Positions 37,691-47,153 of a stretch of DNA of 64,000 nt are shown here, in pieces (within the stretch, counting starts at the first letter, position 1; every line of letters begins with the position of its first letter). The translations under genes and the position numbers were made by a program. The stretch is from Clostridia bacterium (GTDB taxonomy: Bacteria; Bacillota; Clostridia; Oscillospirales; CAG-272). Below the pieces are notes generated by a model that saw nothing but the letters and a program-made list of their open reading frames with translations, had not been told where the DNA came from and searched no databases. Location: positions 29,133-93,132 of the forward strand of contig JAFVRO010000014.1 of assembly GCA_017504205.1 (NCBI GenBank), written 5' to 3'.

Positions 37691-38290
37691 TTATTTATTC
37701 TTTGTTACCGTCTTACGGAGGTCAAGAAGTCTGACTATGACGGGGGAAAGGATCAGGTTGGTTACAAGCTCGACGATGAAGTTTGTGCCGACGAGGAACA
37801 AGAATATATATTCCACGGTTGAGGAATAGCCCTCTCCAACGCCCCACTCGGTGAGCGCTTCAAAGAAAAAGGCGAAGCATCCGAGCACGAATATACCGGT
37901 GTTTACAACGGGGCCTGCGATTGCCGCCGCCAGAACTGCGAGGTATTTGTTCTTTTTTTCGAGAAGCTTATAGACAAGTCCTGCTACAAGTCCACAGGCT
38001 ACGCCTTTTAAAAGAACAGTCACGACTGTCCCGGGAACGCTGATAGCAAGAAAAGCCGAGGCGTTGGTAATTAAGACTACCACTCCGAATACAAATCCAA
38101 GCCACGCACCGACGCCGACGCCGCACATTGCCGCGCCGATGATGATCGGGATAAGTCCTACTGCGGTTGCGAAGGGGCCGAAAATGGCTGTAAACGTTCC
38201 GAGAAGCTGAAGTACGATGACAAGTGCCGTCATTACCGCGCCGAGAACGAGCGTTTCGGTTGATTTTCGTCTTTGGTTGATTAAGTTCAT
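37691..38290 (-). CDS. panT: ECF transporter S component, probably pantothenate (PanT-like)
   Basis: About 6 TMs; IPIIIGA..G..GAWLG and P.VNT..F motifs; downstream of coaX. Confidence 0.75.
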   Translation of the reverse strand: MNLINQRRKSTETLVLGAVMTALVIVLQLLGTFTAIFGPFATAVGLIPIIIGAAMCGVGVGAWLGFVFGVVVLITNASAFLAISVPGTVVTVLLKGVACGLVAGLVYKLLEKKNKYLAVLAAAIAGPVVNTGIFVLGCFAFFFEALTEWGVGEGYSSTVEYIFLFLVGTNFIVELVTNLILSPVIVRLLDLRKTVTKNK

Positions 38291-38303
38291 AAAAGTCCTC
38301 CTT

Positions 38304-38331
38304 GCTGTCGTCCGCCGAAGCGGTACAACGC
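38304..38331 (-). ncRNA. pan-motif-like cis-regulatory hairpin
   Basis: GCGUUGU[A]CCGC-UUCG-GCGGACGAC[A]GC: an 11-bp stem with two single bulged As, directly before the AAGGAGG RBS of a pantothenate-related gene. Confidence 0.7.
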
Positions 38332-38373
38332 ATAATAATTTATATTTTCGCGGAAAGCGAGAATATTTGATGT

Positions 38374-39138
38374 TTAACTGTTCTTTCGGTACAGTAATTC
38401 AAGTCCTTTGAGGACGAGATATTCGTCTACAAGGATATTGTGGGTACAATGCGGTATGATTATCTGTGCAAGTCCGCCTGTTGCGATTACGGGAAGCTTG
38501 CAGTTCATTTCGGAGTTTATGCGATCTATCATTCCGTCTATGAGGGCGGCGTTTCCGAACACAACTCCCGATTTCATACAATCGACGGTATTTTTGCCGA
38601 TGACCTTCCCAGGTGCTTCGAGGCTTATTTTAGGAAGCTGAGCAGTTTTTTCGGCAAGGGCGTCAAGTCCCATCATAACTCCGGGGATGATGGAGACGCC
38701 TTCAAACGCGCCATTTTTATTAAGCACCGTCATTTTGGTGGCGGTTCCCATATCGATGATAAGAGAGGGGCTACCGTAGAGCTTATTTGCCGCGACGCAG
38801 GCGCATATAAGGTCTGATCCGACGCTTGAGGGGTTATCACAATGGATGTTCAATCCGGTTTTTATGCCGGGACCGACAACGAGAGCGTCCACGCCGTACA
38901 TAAGCTTCACAGCCTTTTTCATAACTGCGTTAAGGGGAGGAACTACGGAGGAGATTATTGCACCTTTTATCTCCTTTTTTTCCACGTTATGCAATTTCAG
39001 AATACTTAGTATCTTACTTGCGTACTCGTCCTCGGTCATTGAGAGCCTGGTTGACATACGGACTACGAAGTTAAGGCTTGAGCCGTCGAATCCGCCGCAC
39101 GTTATATTTGTATTACCGACGTCGATAGTAAGGATCAT
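38374..39138 (-). CDS. coaX: Type III pantothenate kinase
   Basis: IDVGNTN, SSVVP, GSD, IDMGTAT, G..I.PG, ATGG. Confidence 0.94.
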   Translation of the reverse strand: MILTIDVGNTNITCGGFDGSSLNFVVRMSTRLSMTEDEYASKILSILKLHNVEKKEIKGAIISSVVPPLNAVMKKAVKLMYGVDALVVGPGIKTGLNIHCDNPSSVGSDLICACVAANKLYGSPSLIIDMGTATKMTVLNKNGAFEGVSIIPGVMMGLDALAEKTAQLPKISLEAPGKVIGKNTVDCMKSGVVFGNAALIDGMIDRINSEMNCKLPVIATGGLAQIIIPHCTHNILVDEYLVLKGLELLYRKNS

Positions 39139-39171
39139 CCGTTCCCGCTTCCCTTCTGAATATTTACATAT

Positions 39172-39200
39172 ATTTTACTACTTTTTCGGGAATTTGTCAA
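39172..39200 (-). promoter_or_regulatory. sigmaA promoter of coaX-panT
   Basis: TTGACA, 17 bp, TAAAAT. Confidence 0.7.
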
Positions 39201-39340
39201 GATGTTTCGTGGGGCTTGGCAAAGAGTTGCGTTGCATTTTGGAGATTGTGTTAATCAAAAGGTCAAAAAGTTAATATTGGCTATTGATTTTGAACGAAAA
39301 AGGGAGTATAATGTAGTTGATTAAATATTGAGGTAGAATT

Positions 39341-40654
39341 ATGGAAGTTAATTACAAGAATAAAAAGAAGTACAATACTGCGCGGTATCCCATAAGACAG
39401 CCGTGGTATCTCACCTGGCTTATATGGATACTTTCAAAGATCATGCTTATCGGCAAGAAGAGGCGTCTTGACAAGATCAACATGGAGGGCTTGAAGCCGC
39501 CGTACATAATACTGAGCAACCATATGTCGTTTATTGATTTTGAGCTGCTTGCCATGGGAACGCATCCGCACAAGGTCAACAATGTGGTCAACATTGACGG
39601 ATACTATATGCGTCCGTGGCTTATGGAGTGGATCGGCGCGATATGCACGAGAAAATTCACGCAGGATATGCATCTGGTCAAGTCGATAAAGAAGGTGCTT
39701 GAGCGCGGAGACATACTTTGCATTTATCCTGAGGCACGTTATTCGCCTTGCGGGACGAGGTCGTACCTTCCCGAATCGTTGGGAATGCTTGTAAAGCGCA
39801 GTGGCGTACCCGTGGTTGCGGTAGTACATCGCGGAAACTATCTGCACACGCCGTTCTGGAATTTCAGAAAGAAGCGCAAGGTTCCCTTTCACACCACGAT
39901 GACGCAGGTGCTTACCCCCGACGATTTGAAGGTATTATCCGTTGACGAGATAAACGCAAGGCTTCAGGATGCGTTGGAATATGATGAATATGAATACCAG
40001 AAGCAAAACGGGATACTTATAACGGAAAGCTTTCGTGCCGAGGGAATGCACAAGATACTTTATCAATGCCCGCATTGTCTTAAGGAGTCGGTAATGGACT
40101 CCAAAGGGGACGAGATATTCTGCACGGAGTGCGGCAAACGTTGGAGGTTTAATGAGGACGGCACGTTGACTGCAACCGAGGGTGAGACGGAATTTCCGAA
40201 GGTCGTGGACTGGTTTGAATGGGAACGGCAGCAGGTACGCGCCGAGGTCGAGAGTGGTAATTACCGCTTTGAGGACGAGGTCGAGGTATATTCGATGCCG
40301 AGGTGTTGGAAGTTTGAGCCGCTAGGCATGGCACATCTTGTACACGATATTACGGACGGATTTGTGCTTGAGGGGCATTACAGAGGTCAGGATTACCGCA
40401 TTCAGAGGATGCCGCTTCAGACGAACAGTTTACACGTCGAGTATGATTTCCAGCACATAAAGCCGCTTGACTGCATAGATATTTCGACCGAGGACGATTC
40501 CTTTTACTGTTATCCGTCCAAGAAAAACGTGGCTACCAAGCTCGCGTTTGCGGTCGAGGAGATATATCGGTTAAGCTATGAGCGCGCGATGGCGAAGAGG
40601 ATGGCACGACGCGCGGCAAGGCAGGCGGAAGAGTCTGAAATCGACGATAAATAA
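39341..40654 (+). CDS. PlsC-like acyltransferase with C-terminal Zn-ribbon extension
   Basis: NHMSFID (HX4D), IYPEA, CPHC...CTECG. TTGATT-17-TATAAT promoter at 39284-39312. Confidence 0.85.
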   Translation: MEVNYKNKKKYNTARYPIRQPWYLTWLIWILSKIMLIGKKRRLDKINMEGLKPPYIILSNHMSFIDFELLAMGTHPHKVNNVVNIDGYYMRPWLMEWIGAICTRKFTQDMHLVKSIKKVLERGDILCIYPEARYSPCGTRSYLPESLGMLVKRSGVPVVAVVHRGNYLHTPFWNFRKKRKVPFHTTMTQVLTPDDLKVLSVDEINARLQDALEYDEYEYQKQNGILITESFRAEGMHKILYQCPHCLKESVMDSKGDEIFCTECGKRWRFNEDGTLTATEGETEFPKVVDWFEWERQQVRAEVESGNYRFEDEVEVYSMPRCWKFEPLGMAHLVHDITDGFVLEGHYRGQDYRIQRMPLQTNSLHVEYDFQHIKPLDCIDISTEDDSFYCYPSKKNVATKLAFAVEEIYRLSYERAMAKRMARRAARQAEESEIDDK

Positions 40655-40663
40655 CAGTAAAAC

Positions 40664-40804
40664 GGGGCTGTCTCACGCAAGTGAGACAGCCCCTGAAATC
40701 GAACTCGACGAATCAAATTCGTCGTTTTGGCACGAAAATAGCATCAAATTTCATTAAAATCTGCGCCAAAACCGTTCGAAAGGGATGTCTTAATGAGACA
40801 GCCC
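40664..40804. repeat. Palindrome-bounded structured element (MITE/REP-like)
   Basis: GGGGCTGTCTCA-cgcaag-TGAGACAGCCCC at the left, degenerate GGGATGTCTTA-a-TGAGACAGCCC at the right, nested inverted repeats between. Confidence 0.6.
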
Positions 40805-40811
40805 GGGAAGT

Positions 40812-41771
40812 TTATTCAAACTTTTGAAATCCGCACTCGTTGGCGAAGTCCTTCAAGGCGTTGACGTATGTGTCTTTATCGGTGGGATATGCCAGACCGT
40901 GCCCTGCTCCTTTTATTATAACGAGATTTTTAGGGGCGGAGCATTCGTCAAACAGTTCGCGGCTCATATAGCACGGAACGAAGTCGTCGCTCTCGCCGTG
41001 GATGAAGATGATCGGCACGGTTGCTTTTTTAACGGCCTCTATTGCAGGCTCATCGTTAAGGTCAAAGCCACCATAAAGGATCGCGCCAAGTCTTATGAAC
41101 GGATAGAAAAGCTTTGGGGGCAGCTTCATATCGGTGAGAACCTTATAGAGAATCGCCTTAGCGGAGGAAAAGCCGCAGTCGGAAAGCACGCAAACGACAT
41201 TTTCGGGCAGTTTTTTGCCCGCAGTCATTACAACTGTGGAGCCTCCCATTGAGATTCCGGTAAGGATGATCTTGACGTCCTTGCCGAGTTTTTCGATCAT
41301 GAAGTCTATCCACCTTAGAAGATCTTTATGCTCGTTGATGCCGAATGAGATGACGTTGCCGTCGCTGTTTCCTGCGCCGCGAAGGTCGACGAGGACGGCG
41401 TTTCTGCCGAGTCTTTTGCACCTTTCAAGTCCTGCACTGAGGTCTCTTTCGGAGTTGCCGCGATAGCCGTGGATAAGGATTTCGACTATGGCATCATCGA
41501 AGAACTTATAATACTTTCCTCTCAGGCGAAGTCCGTCGAAGGAGGTTATTTCAAGCTCCTCACACGGCAGAGAGCGTTTGATTTTTACCCAGTCGATCAT
41601 TCTTTGATGGAACGGTATGTAAACGTCGCCCTCGGGTAGATCGTATTCGTCCTCACCGAGAGGGGGGCGTTTTTCAGAATAGCAGACGAGCCTGAAGCAG
41701 ACGTATGCGGTTATCAGCACTACCGTGGCAAAAAATGTCAAGACAGATAAAATAATAATTGCAATTTTCAA
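40812..41771 (-). CDS. Membrane-anchored alpha/beta hydrolase
   Basis: HGY, GISMG nucleophile elbow, HGESDDFVP, GAGH. Confidence 0.9.
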   Translation of the reverse strand: MKIAIIILSVLTFFATVVLITAYVCFRLVCYSEKRPPLGEDEYDLPEGDVYIPFHQRMIDWVKIKRSLPCEELEITSFDGLRLRGKYYKFFDDAIVEILIHGYRGNSERDLSAGLERCKRLGRNAVLVDLRGAGNSDGNVISFGINEHKDLLRWIDFMIEKLGKDVKIILTGISMGGSTVVMTAGKKLPENVVCVLSDCGFSSAKAILYKVLTDMKLPPKLFYPFIRLGAILYGGFDLNDEPAIEAVKKATVPIIFIHGESDDFVPCYMSRELFDECSAPKNLVIIKGAGHGLAYPTDKDTYVNALKDFANECGFQKFE

Positions 41772-41882
41772 GGAAAGCGCCTCCGATACATTTCGTTAAG
41801 GATATTATACCACGCGTCCGAATTCTTTTCAACCTTTTTTCAAAAAAAGCGCGGCGATATTCCCAGACGGTAATGAATGTAC

Positions 41883-41911
41883 TTGACTTAACGAGGTTTT
41901 TGTAGTATAAT
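41883..41911 (+). promoter_or_regulatory. sigmaA promoter of htpG
   Basis: TTGACT, 17 bp, TATAAT. Confidence 0.7.
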
Positions 41912-41972
41912 TATTATAGATAAATATTATATATTACACTATGTGCTTATGCACGCAGAAAGGATGATTAAT

Positions 41973-43883
41973 TTGACAGAAGAATTTGCAAGTAAAAAGG
42001 GTGGAATATCGGTTCAGACCGAGCATATTTTCCCCGTTATAAAAAGATGGCTCTATTCGGACAAGGATATTTTTCTCCGTGAGATAGTATCAAATGCGTC
42101 GGATGCGATAACCAAGCTCAAGAGGCTTGAGGCGCTTGGACACATCACGCTTGATGCGGACGAGGATTTCAGGATCAATATTACCGTCAGCAAGAGTGAG
42201 TCCACGATTACGGTTGAGGACAACGGTATCGGTATGACAAATGAGGAGCTTGAGAAGTACATTTGTCAGATCGCGCTTTCGGGTGCGCTTGAGTTTATCA
42301 GTCAATATGAGGGTGACGGAGAAAACGATTCAGCAAATGGCATTATCGGTCACTTTGGACTTGGTTTCTACTCCTCTTTTATGGTAAGTGACACGGTTGA
42401 GTTATTCACCAAGTCTTACACGGGCGCTCCTGCGGTACATTGGAGCTGCGATGATTCAGGCGAATATGAGATAACCGAATGCGACAAAAAGACCAAGGGA
42501 ACGAAGGTCGTTATGCACGTTTCAGAGAGCGAGAAGGAGTATCTTGAGGGAGACAAGATCCGCGAAATACTGAACACCTACTGTGCTTTTATGCCCATAG
42601 ACATTTACCTTGACGTTGAGGGTGAGGAGCACGGTGAAGGATGCGATTGTGAGGAGTGTCATCACGAGCATGAAGATGGTTGTGAGTGTGACGAGTGTCA
42701 TTATGAGGAAAAGCCTGTAAATGATAAATCTCCGCTTTGGTTGAAGCAGGCATCCGAATGCACTCCTGAGATGTACAATGAGTTTTACCACAAGGTATTC
42801 AAGGATGCGCGTGACCCGTTGTTTTACATTCACATCAATGCGGATTTCCCGTTAAACTTCAAGGGTATTCTTTTCTTCCCGAGGCTTGATGCGGAGTACG
42901 AATCCCTTGAGGGTCAGGTGAAGCTTTATTACAATCAGGTATTCGTTGCAGACAACATCAAGGAGGTCATTCCCGATTATCTTCTGATGCTTCGCGGTGT
43001 GCTCGACTGTCCTGAGCTTCCACTCAACGTATCGAGAAGCTATTTACAGAACAACGTATACATCAAGAAGGTAGCGGCGCACATTGTCAAGAAGGTAGCG
43101 GACAAGCTCAACGCGCTTTGCAATGTGGACAGAGATAAATACGAGTCAATCTGGGATGATATTCATCTGTTCGTTGAATATGCTTGCATGAGAGACAACA
43201 AATTCTATGAAAAGGTTAAGCCGTCACTTCTTTTGAGAATTACGGACAAGTCCTTTATGACTATTGAAGAGTATCTTGAGGCGGCAAAGGAAGCCAACGA
43301 GAACGTAATATACTACACCTCCGACGTAACGCTTCAGGCGCAGTATGTTTCTATGCTGAATGCGGCGGGAATAAAGGTTGCGATATTTGACAAGCCTTTT
43401 GAGACGCAGTTTATTTCCATGCTTGAGGGATATGGCGACGAGATCAAGTTTGTCAGAGTTGACTCGGATATTGCGGACGCGCTCAAGAGCGGTGATGAAA
43501 AGGATGAGGACGAGGCTTTGACTGCTTTGTTCCGTACGGTGAGCGGAAACGATGCACTTAAGGTTGAGATCTGCGCGCTCAGGGATGAAAGCATTCCTGC
43601 TTTTCTGACTGTTACGGAAGAGTCAAGGCGAATGGAGGAAATGATGAAGATGTATGCAAGAAGCGGAATGAGCTTTGGTCAGGACAGCTTCCCTCTTGAT
43701 TATACGCTCAGGCTCAACCGTTCATCGTCCATCATTTCACGCCTCAAGGCTAAAGATGGTAAGGATGCTGAACAAATAGCGGACTATATTTACCGCCTTG
43801 CTTGTCTTGCGAACAGAAAGCTCAGCACTGAAGAAATGAAGGATTTTCTCAATGCAAGTTTTGAAATTCTTTCGAAATTATAA
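41973..43883 (+). CDS. htpG: Chaperone HtpG (Hsp90)
   Basis: LYSDKDIFLREIVSNASDA, DNGIGM, IGHFGLGFYS, LPLNVSRS. TTG start after AAAGGA. Confidence 0.95.
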   Translation: MTEEFASKKGGISVQTEHIFPVIKRWLYSDKDIFLREIVSNASDAITKLKRLEALGHITLDADEDFRINITVSKSESTITVEDNGIGMTNEELEKYICQIALSGALEFISQYEGDGENDSANGIIGHFGLGFYSSFMVSDTVELFTKSYTGAPAVHWSCDDSGEYEITECDKKTKGTKVVMHVSESEKEYLEGDKIREILNTYCAFMPIDIYLDVEGEEHGEGCDCEECHHEHEDGCECDECHYEEKPVNDKSPLWLKQASECTPEMYNEFYHKVFKDARDPLFYIHINADFPLNFKGILFFPRLDAEYESLEGQVKLYYNQVFVADNIKEVIPDYLLMLRGVLDCPELPLNVSRSYLQNNVYIKKVAAHIVKKVADKLNALCNVDRDKYESIWDDIHLFVEYACMRDNKFYEKVKPSLLLRITDKSFMTIEEYLEAAKEANENVIYYTSDVTLQAQYVSMLNAAGIKVAIFDKPFETQFISMLEGYGDEIKFVRVDSDIADALKSGDEKDEDEALTALFRTVSGNDALKVEICALRDESIPAFLTVTEESRRMEEMMKMYARSGMSFGQDSFPLDYTLRLNRSSSIISRLKAKDGKDAEQIADYIYRLACLANRKLSTEEMKDFLNASFEILSKL

Positions 43884-43937
43884 TTTGTCACAGCGCATTT
43901 AATCATATATTTATTGATCAAGGAGTAAACTATAATT

Positions 43938-44192
43938 ATGAAATTCAATTACACAACCAAAGGCGTATGCTCAAGAAGCATCGCGATAGAAATTGAAAAC
44001 GACGTTATTCTTTCCGCAGTTTACACCGGTGGTTGCTCGGGCAATACTCAGGGTGTATCCGCGCTTGTAAAGGGCATGAAGGTTGACGAGGCAATTGACA
44101 GGCTTGCGGGAATCCGTTGCGGATTCAAAAGCACGTCTTGTCCCGATCAGCTTGCTGAGGCACTCAAGCTTTACAAGGCCGGTAACATCTGA
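43938..44192 (+). CDS. TSCPD-domain protein (TIGR03905-like)
   Basis: GVCS, GGCSGN, GIRCG.KSTSCPDQLA. Confidence 0.9.
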   Translation: MKFNYTTKGVCSRSIAIEIENDVILSAVYTGGCSGNTQGVSALVKGMKVDEAIDRLAGIRCGFKSTSCPDQLAEALKLYKAGNI

Positions 44193-44256
44193 GTCAAAAA
44201 CACACGCCCAAGGTTAGGCAATAGCGAAACTAGATATAAAAGGAGAACTCGAAGCA

Positions 44257-45990
44257 ATGTCAAACAACACAGTCCGCAAGAATTATACAAGGTGGCTGAA
44301 TTGTCCTCTGTTATCAACTGAAGAACGTACAGAATTGTTATCTATCAGGGATAACGCATCGGAGGTAGAGTCACGTTTTTCATCATTCCTGTCATTTGGT
44401 ACGGCGGGGCTCAGAGGAATTATGAAGGTCGGAATGAACGCTATGAATATATACACAGTAGCGTACGCGACGCAGGCGATCGCCATTCTGATTAATGACT
44501 GCGGACGCGCAGATGACGGGGTCGCCATAGCCTATGATAGCCGCAACAATTCAGAGCTCTTTGCCAAAGAATGCGCTTGTGTACTTGCGGCCAACGGAAT
44601 CAAATCTTATATTTTTAACGGCGTACGTCCAACACCTGAATTATCGTTTGCGCTAAGGCATCTTGGTTGTGTTGCGGGAATAAACATCACTGCGTCGCAC
44701 AATCCAAAAGAATACAACGGCTACAAGGCGTATTGGGAGGACGGCGCACAGCTTCCGCCCGAGCACGCACAGACGGTAACGGACACACTTGCGACTATTG
44801 ACATTTTTGACGACGTAAAGCGAGTTCCTTTTGAAGATGGGGTAGCTTGCGGACTCATCGAGATGATAGGTGCGGACATTGACGAGGCTTACGTCAAATG
44901 TGTACTTGCTGAGGCGGTCAATCCATCTGCTATTCCCTATGTCGCTGATGATCTGAGGATTGTATTTACGCCTTTACACGGTGCGGGCTACAAGCTTGTC
45001 CCGGAAGTGCTTCGAAGAAGCGGAGTCAAGCATTTATTCATCGTCCCCGAGCAGGCGACGCCCTGCGGTGACTTTCCTACCGTTTCCAAGCCTAATCCCG
45101 AATTTCCCGAGGTCTTCAAGCTTGGAATCGAGATTGCCGAGCGAGAGAAGAGTGATCTGATCATAGCGTGTGACCCCGATGCTGACCGCGTTGGAGTTAT
45201 GGCGCGAAAAGCTGACGGCACGTTTACGACGATCTCAGGCAACCAGATGGGGGCTTTGTTATTGGACTATATTATCACGGCTTACAAGAAAACCGGCACG
45301 ATGCCCGAGGAGCCTTATGCGGTCAAGTCGATCGTCTCGACGGTTCTTGCGTCCAAAATATGTCAGACGCACGGAGTTGAAATGTTCAATGTTCTCACGG
45401 GCTTCAAGTTTATCGGTGAGGTCATAAAAAATCACGAAGCAGGTGGCCGTGGCAGCTTCATTTTTGGATTCGAGGAAAGCTACGGTTATCTCAAGGGAAC
45501 CTATGCGCGTGACAAGGATGCGGTGGTAGCAACGATGCTGATCACGGAAATGACTGCTTATTACAGAACATTGGGACTTACCATTTACGAAGCACTTGAG
45601 CGACTCTGGGAAAGATACGGCTTCTATTATGAGCAGACGGTTCAGGAGGAAATAAAGGGGATCGATGCCCCCATGAAGATGGCGGCACTTATGGCAGCAT
45701 TCCGTTCCGACTTCCCTTTAGTATTTGGCGGTCAGGCGGTAAAAGTCATAGGCGACTATCTTGAGGGGACATTTACCGATGTTGCTACCGGCGAAAAGAC
45801 TCCTACGGGGCTTCCTGCATCCGACGTATTATACTACGTTCTTGAGAACGGTGACACGGTAGTGGTTCGTCCTTCGGGAACTGAACCGAAGGTAAAATTC
45901 TATTTCCTTGTTTCCGGAAGCGGTGTTGAGCAGGCTCAGAATCAGATCAACAAGTACAGAGAACAGATTGCTTCGATAGCAGTTCTTTGA
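44257..45990 (+). CDS. pgm: Phosphoglucomutase/phosphomannomutase
   Basis: FGTAGLRG, TASHNP, DPDADR, FEESYG, RPSGTEPK. Confidence 0.93.
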   Translation: MSNNTVRKNYTRWLNCPLLSTEERTELLSIRDNASEVESRFSSFLSFGTAGLRGIMKVGMNAMNIYTVAYATQAIAILINDCGRADDGVAIAYDSRNNSELFAKECACVLAANGIKSYIFNGVRPTPELSFALRHLGCVAGINITASHNPKEYNGYKAYWEDGAQLPPEHAQTVTDTLATIDIFDDVKRVPFEDGVACGLIEMIGADIDEAYVKCVLAEAVNPSAIPYVADDLRIVFTPLHGAGYKLVPEVLRRSGVKHLFIVPEQATPCGDFPTVSKPNPEFPEVFKLGIEIAEREKSDLIIACDPDADRVGVMARKADGTFTTISGNQMGALLLDYIITAYKKTGTMPEEPYAVKSIVSTVLASKICQTHGVEMFNVLTGFKFIGEVIKNHEAGGRGSFIFGFEESYGYLKGTYARDKDAVVATMLITEMTAYYRTLGLTIYEALERLWERYGFYYEQTVQEEIKGIDAPMKMAALMAAFRSDFPLVFGGQAVKVIGDYLEGTFTDVATGEKTPTGLPASDVLYYVLENGDTVVVRPSGTEPKVKFYFLVSGSGVEQAQNQINKYREQIASIAVL

Positions 45991-46024
45991 TGCGATTGTC
46001 ACTATTTAAATAGCGGAGGTTAAA

Positions 46025-47152
46025 ATGGCTTTTTCGATAAATATTCCCTGCAGGATTTATTCCGGCACGGGTTGTGTAAAAGCGCACGGCACGGAGTTTG
46101 CACTTGGAAATCGGGCATTTATAGTTACAGGAAAAAGCTCTGCCAAATTATGCGGAGCGCTTGATGACGTATGTAGCGTACTGGCAGGTATTGGCGTAGG
46201 ATTTGAGATCTACTCGGGAGTGCGTGAAAATCCGCCTGTAACTGATTGCTTTGAGGCGGGACGCATATGCGCTGACAAGGGATGTGATTTCGTTATAGCG
46301 ATTGGCGGTGGGTCGGCTATGGATGCGGCTAAGGCTATTGCGGCATTTGCAACCACTGAATATGCCGAATGCACTGACATTTTTGATTATTCAAAAAAGA
46401 AGGCACCGTCACTTCCTTTGATCTGCATACCGACTACTGCCGGTACGGGAAGTGAGGGAAACCGTTATTCGGTACTTACCCTTCCTGATGGCAAGCGCAA
46501 GCGCACGTTTTCGCACGACGATTCGTGGGCAAAGAAGGTATTTCTTGATCCGAAATACACATACACGCTCTCTCGCGAGTACACTTTCAGCACGGCACTT
46601 GATGCTTTCCATCACGCGATGGAGTCGTATTTATCTCCAAAGTCCGATGATTTGTCAAGGATGCTTGCAATATATGCGGCGAGAAACATATGGGACGTGC
46701 TTTCCCAACTTCCCGAGCAGTTCAGTGAGAATATGAGGGCAAGTCTGCTTTACGCATCCTGCGCGGCGGGAATTGCTATAAGTGTTACGGGAACAGGATT
46801 TCCGCATCCGTTGGGATACAGTTTGACCTTGCTTGACGGCATTCCTCACGGCAAGGCATGTGCGGCGTTTGCTGCGGATTATATTGAGTACAACCGCAAG
46901 AATGAGCTTGGCGAGACATTGATCGGTGAATTTTGCGCGGCTCTCGGAGTAAAAGTAAAGGTTTTGGGAGAACTTCTTGTAGGTCTTGCATCGGTTGATC
47001 TATGCATGACAGAGGAACAAATAGCAGAGCATGTTGAGCTTATCAAAAGTGCGGGCAACTATGCTAACAGTCCTTACGTTCTGAGTGTTGATGAGATGTA
47101 TGACATATACAGGAAGCATTTTGCGGCGAAACGAAAGAGAGGCAACTGTTAA
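46025..47152 (+). CDS. Iron-containing alcohol dehydrogenase
   Basis: GGGSAMDAAK, PTTAGTGSE, DAFHHAMES, HPLGY, HG. Confidence 0.9.
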   Translation: MAFSINIPCRIYSGTGCVKAHGTEFALGNRAFIVTGKSSAKLCGALDDVCSVLAGIGVGFEIYSGVRENPPVTDCFEAGRICADKGCDFVIAIGGGSAMDAAKAIAAFATTEYAECTDIFDYSKKKAPSLPLICIPTTAGTGSEGNRYSVLTLPDGKRKRTFSHDDSWAKKVFLDPKYTYTLSREYTFSTALDAFHHAMESYLSPKSDDLSRMLAIYAARNIWDVLSQLPEQFSENMRASLLYASCAAGIAISVTGTGFPHPLGYSLTLLDGIPHGKACAAFAADYIEYNRKNELGETLIGEFCAALGVKVKVLGELLVGLASVDLCMTEEQIAEHVELIKSAGNYANSPYVLSVDEMYDIYRKHFAAKRKRGNC

Positions 47153-47153
47153 A

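Noticed and set aside
40664-40804. Possible mini-CRISPR array
   Set aside because: Only two dissimilar palindromes about 90 bp apart, a self-complementary interior, and no cas genes.
41780-41972. CIRCE or CtsR heat-shock operator before htpG
   Set aside because: No TTAGCACTC-N9-GAGTGCTAA or CtsR heptad repeat is visible; only a sigmaA promoter.
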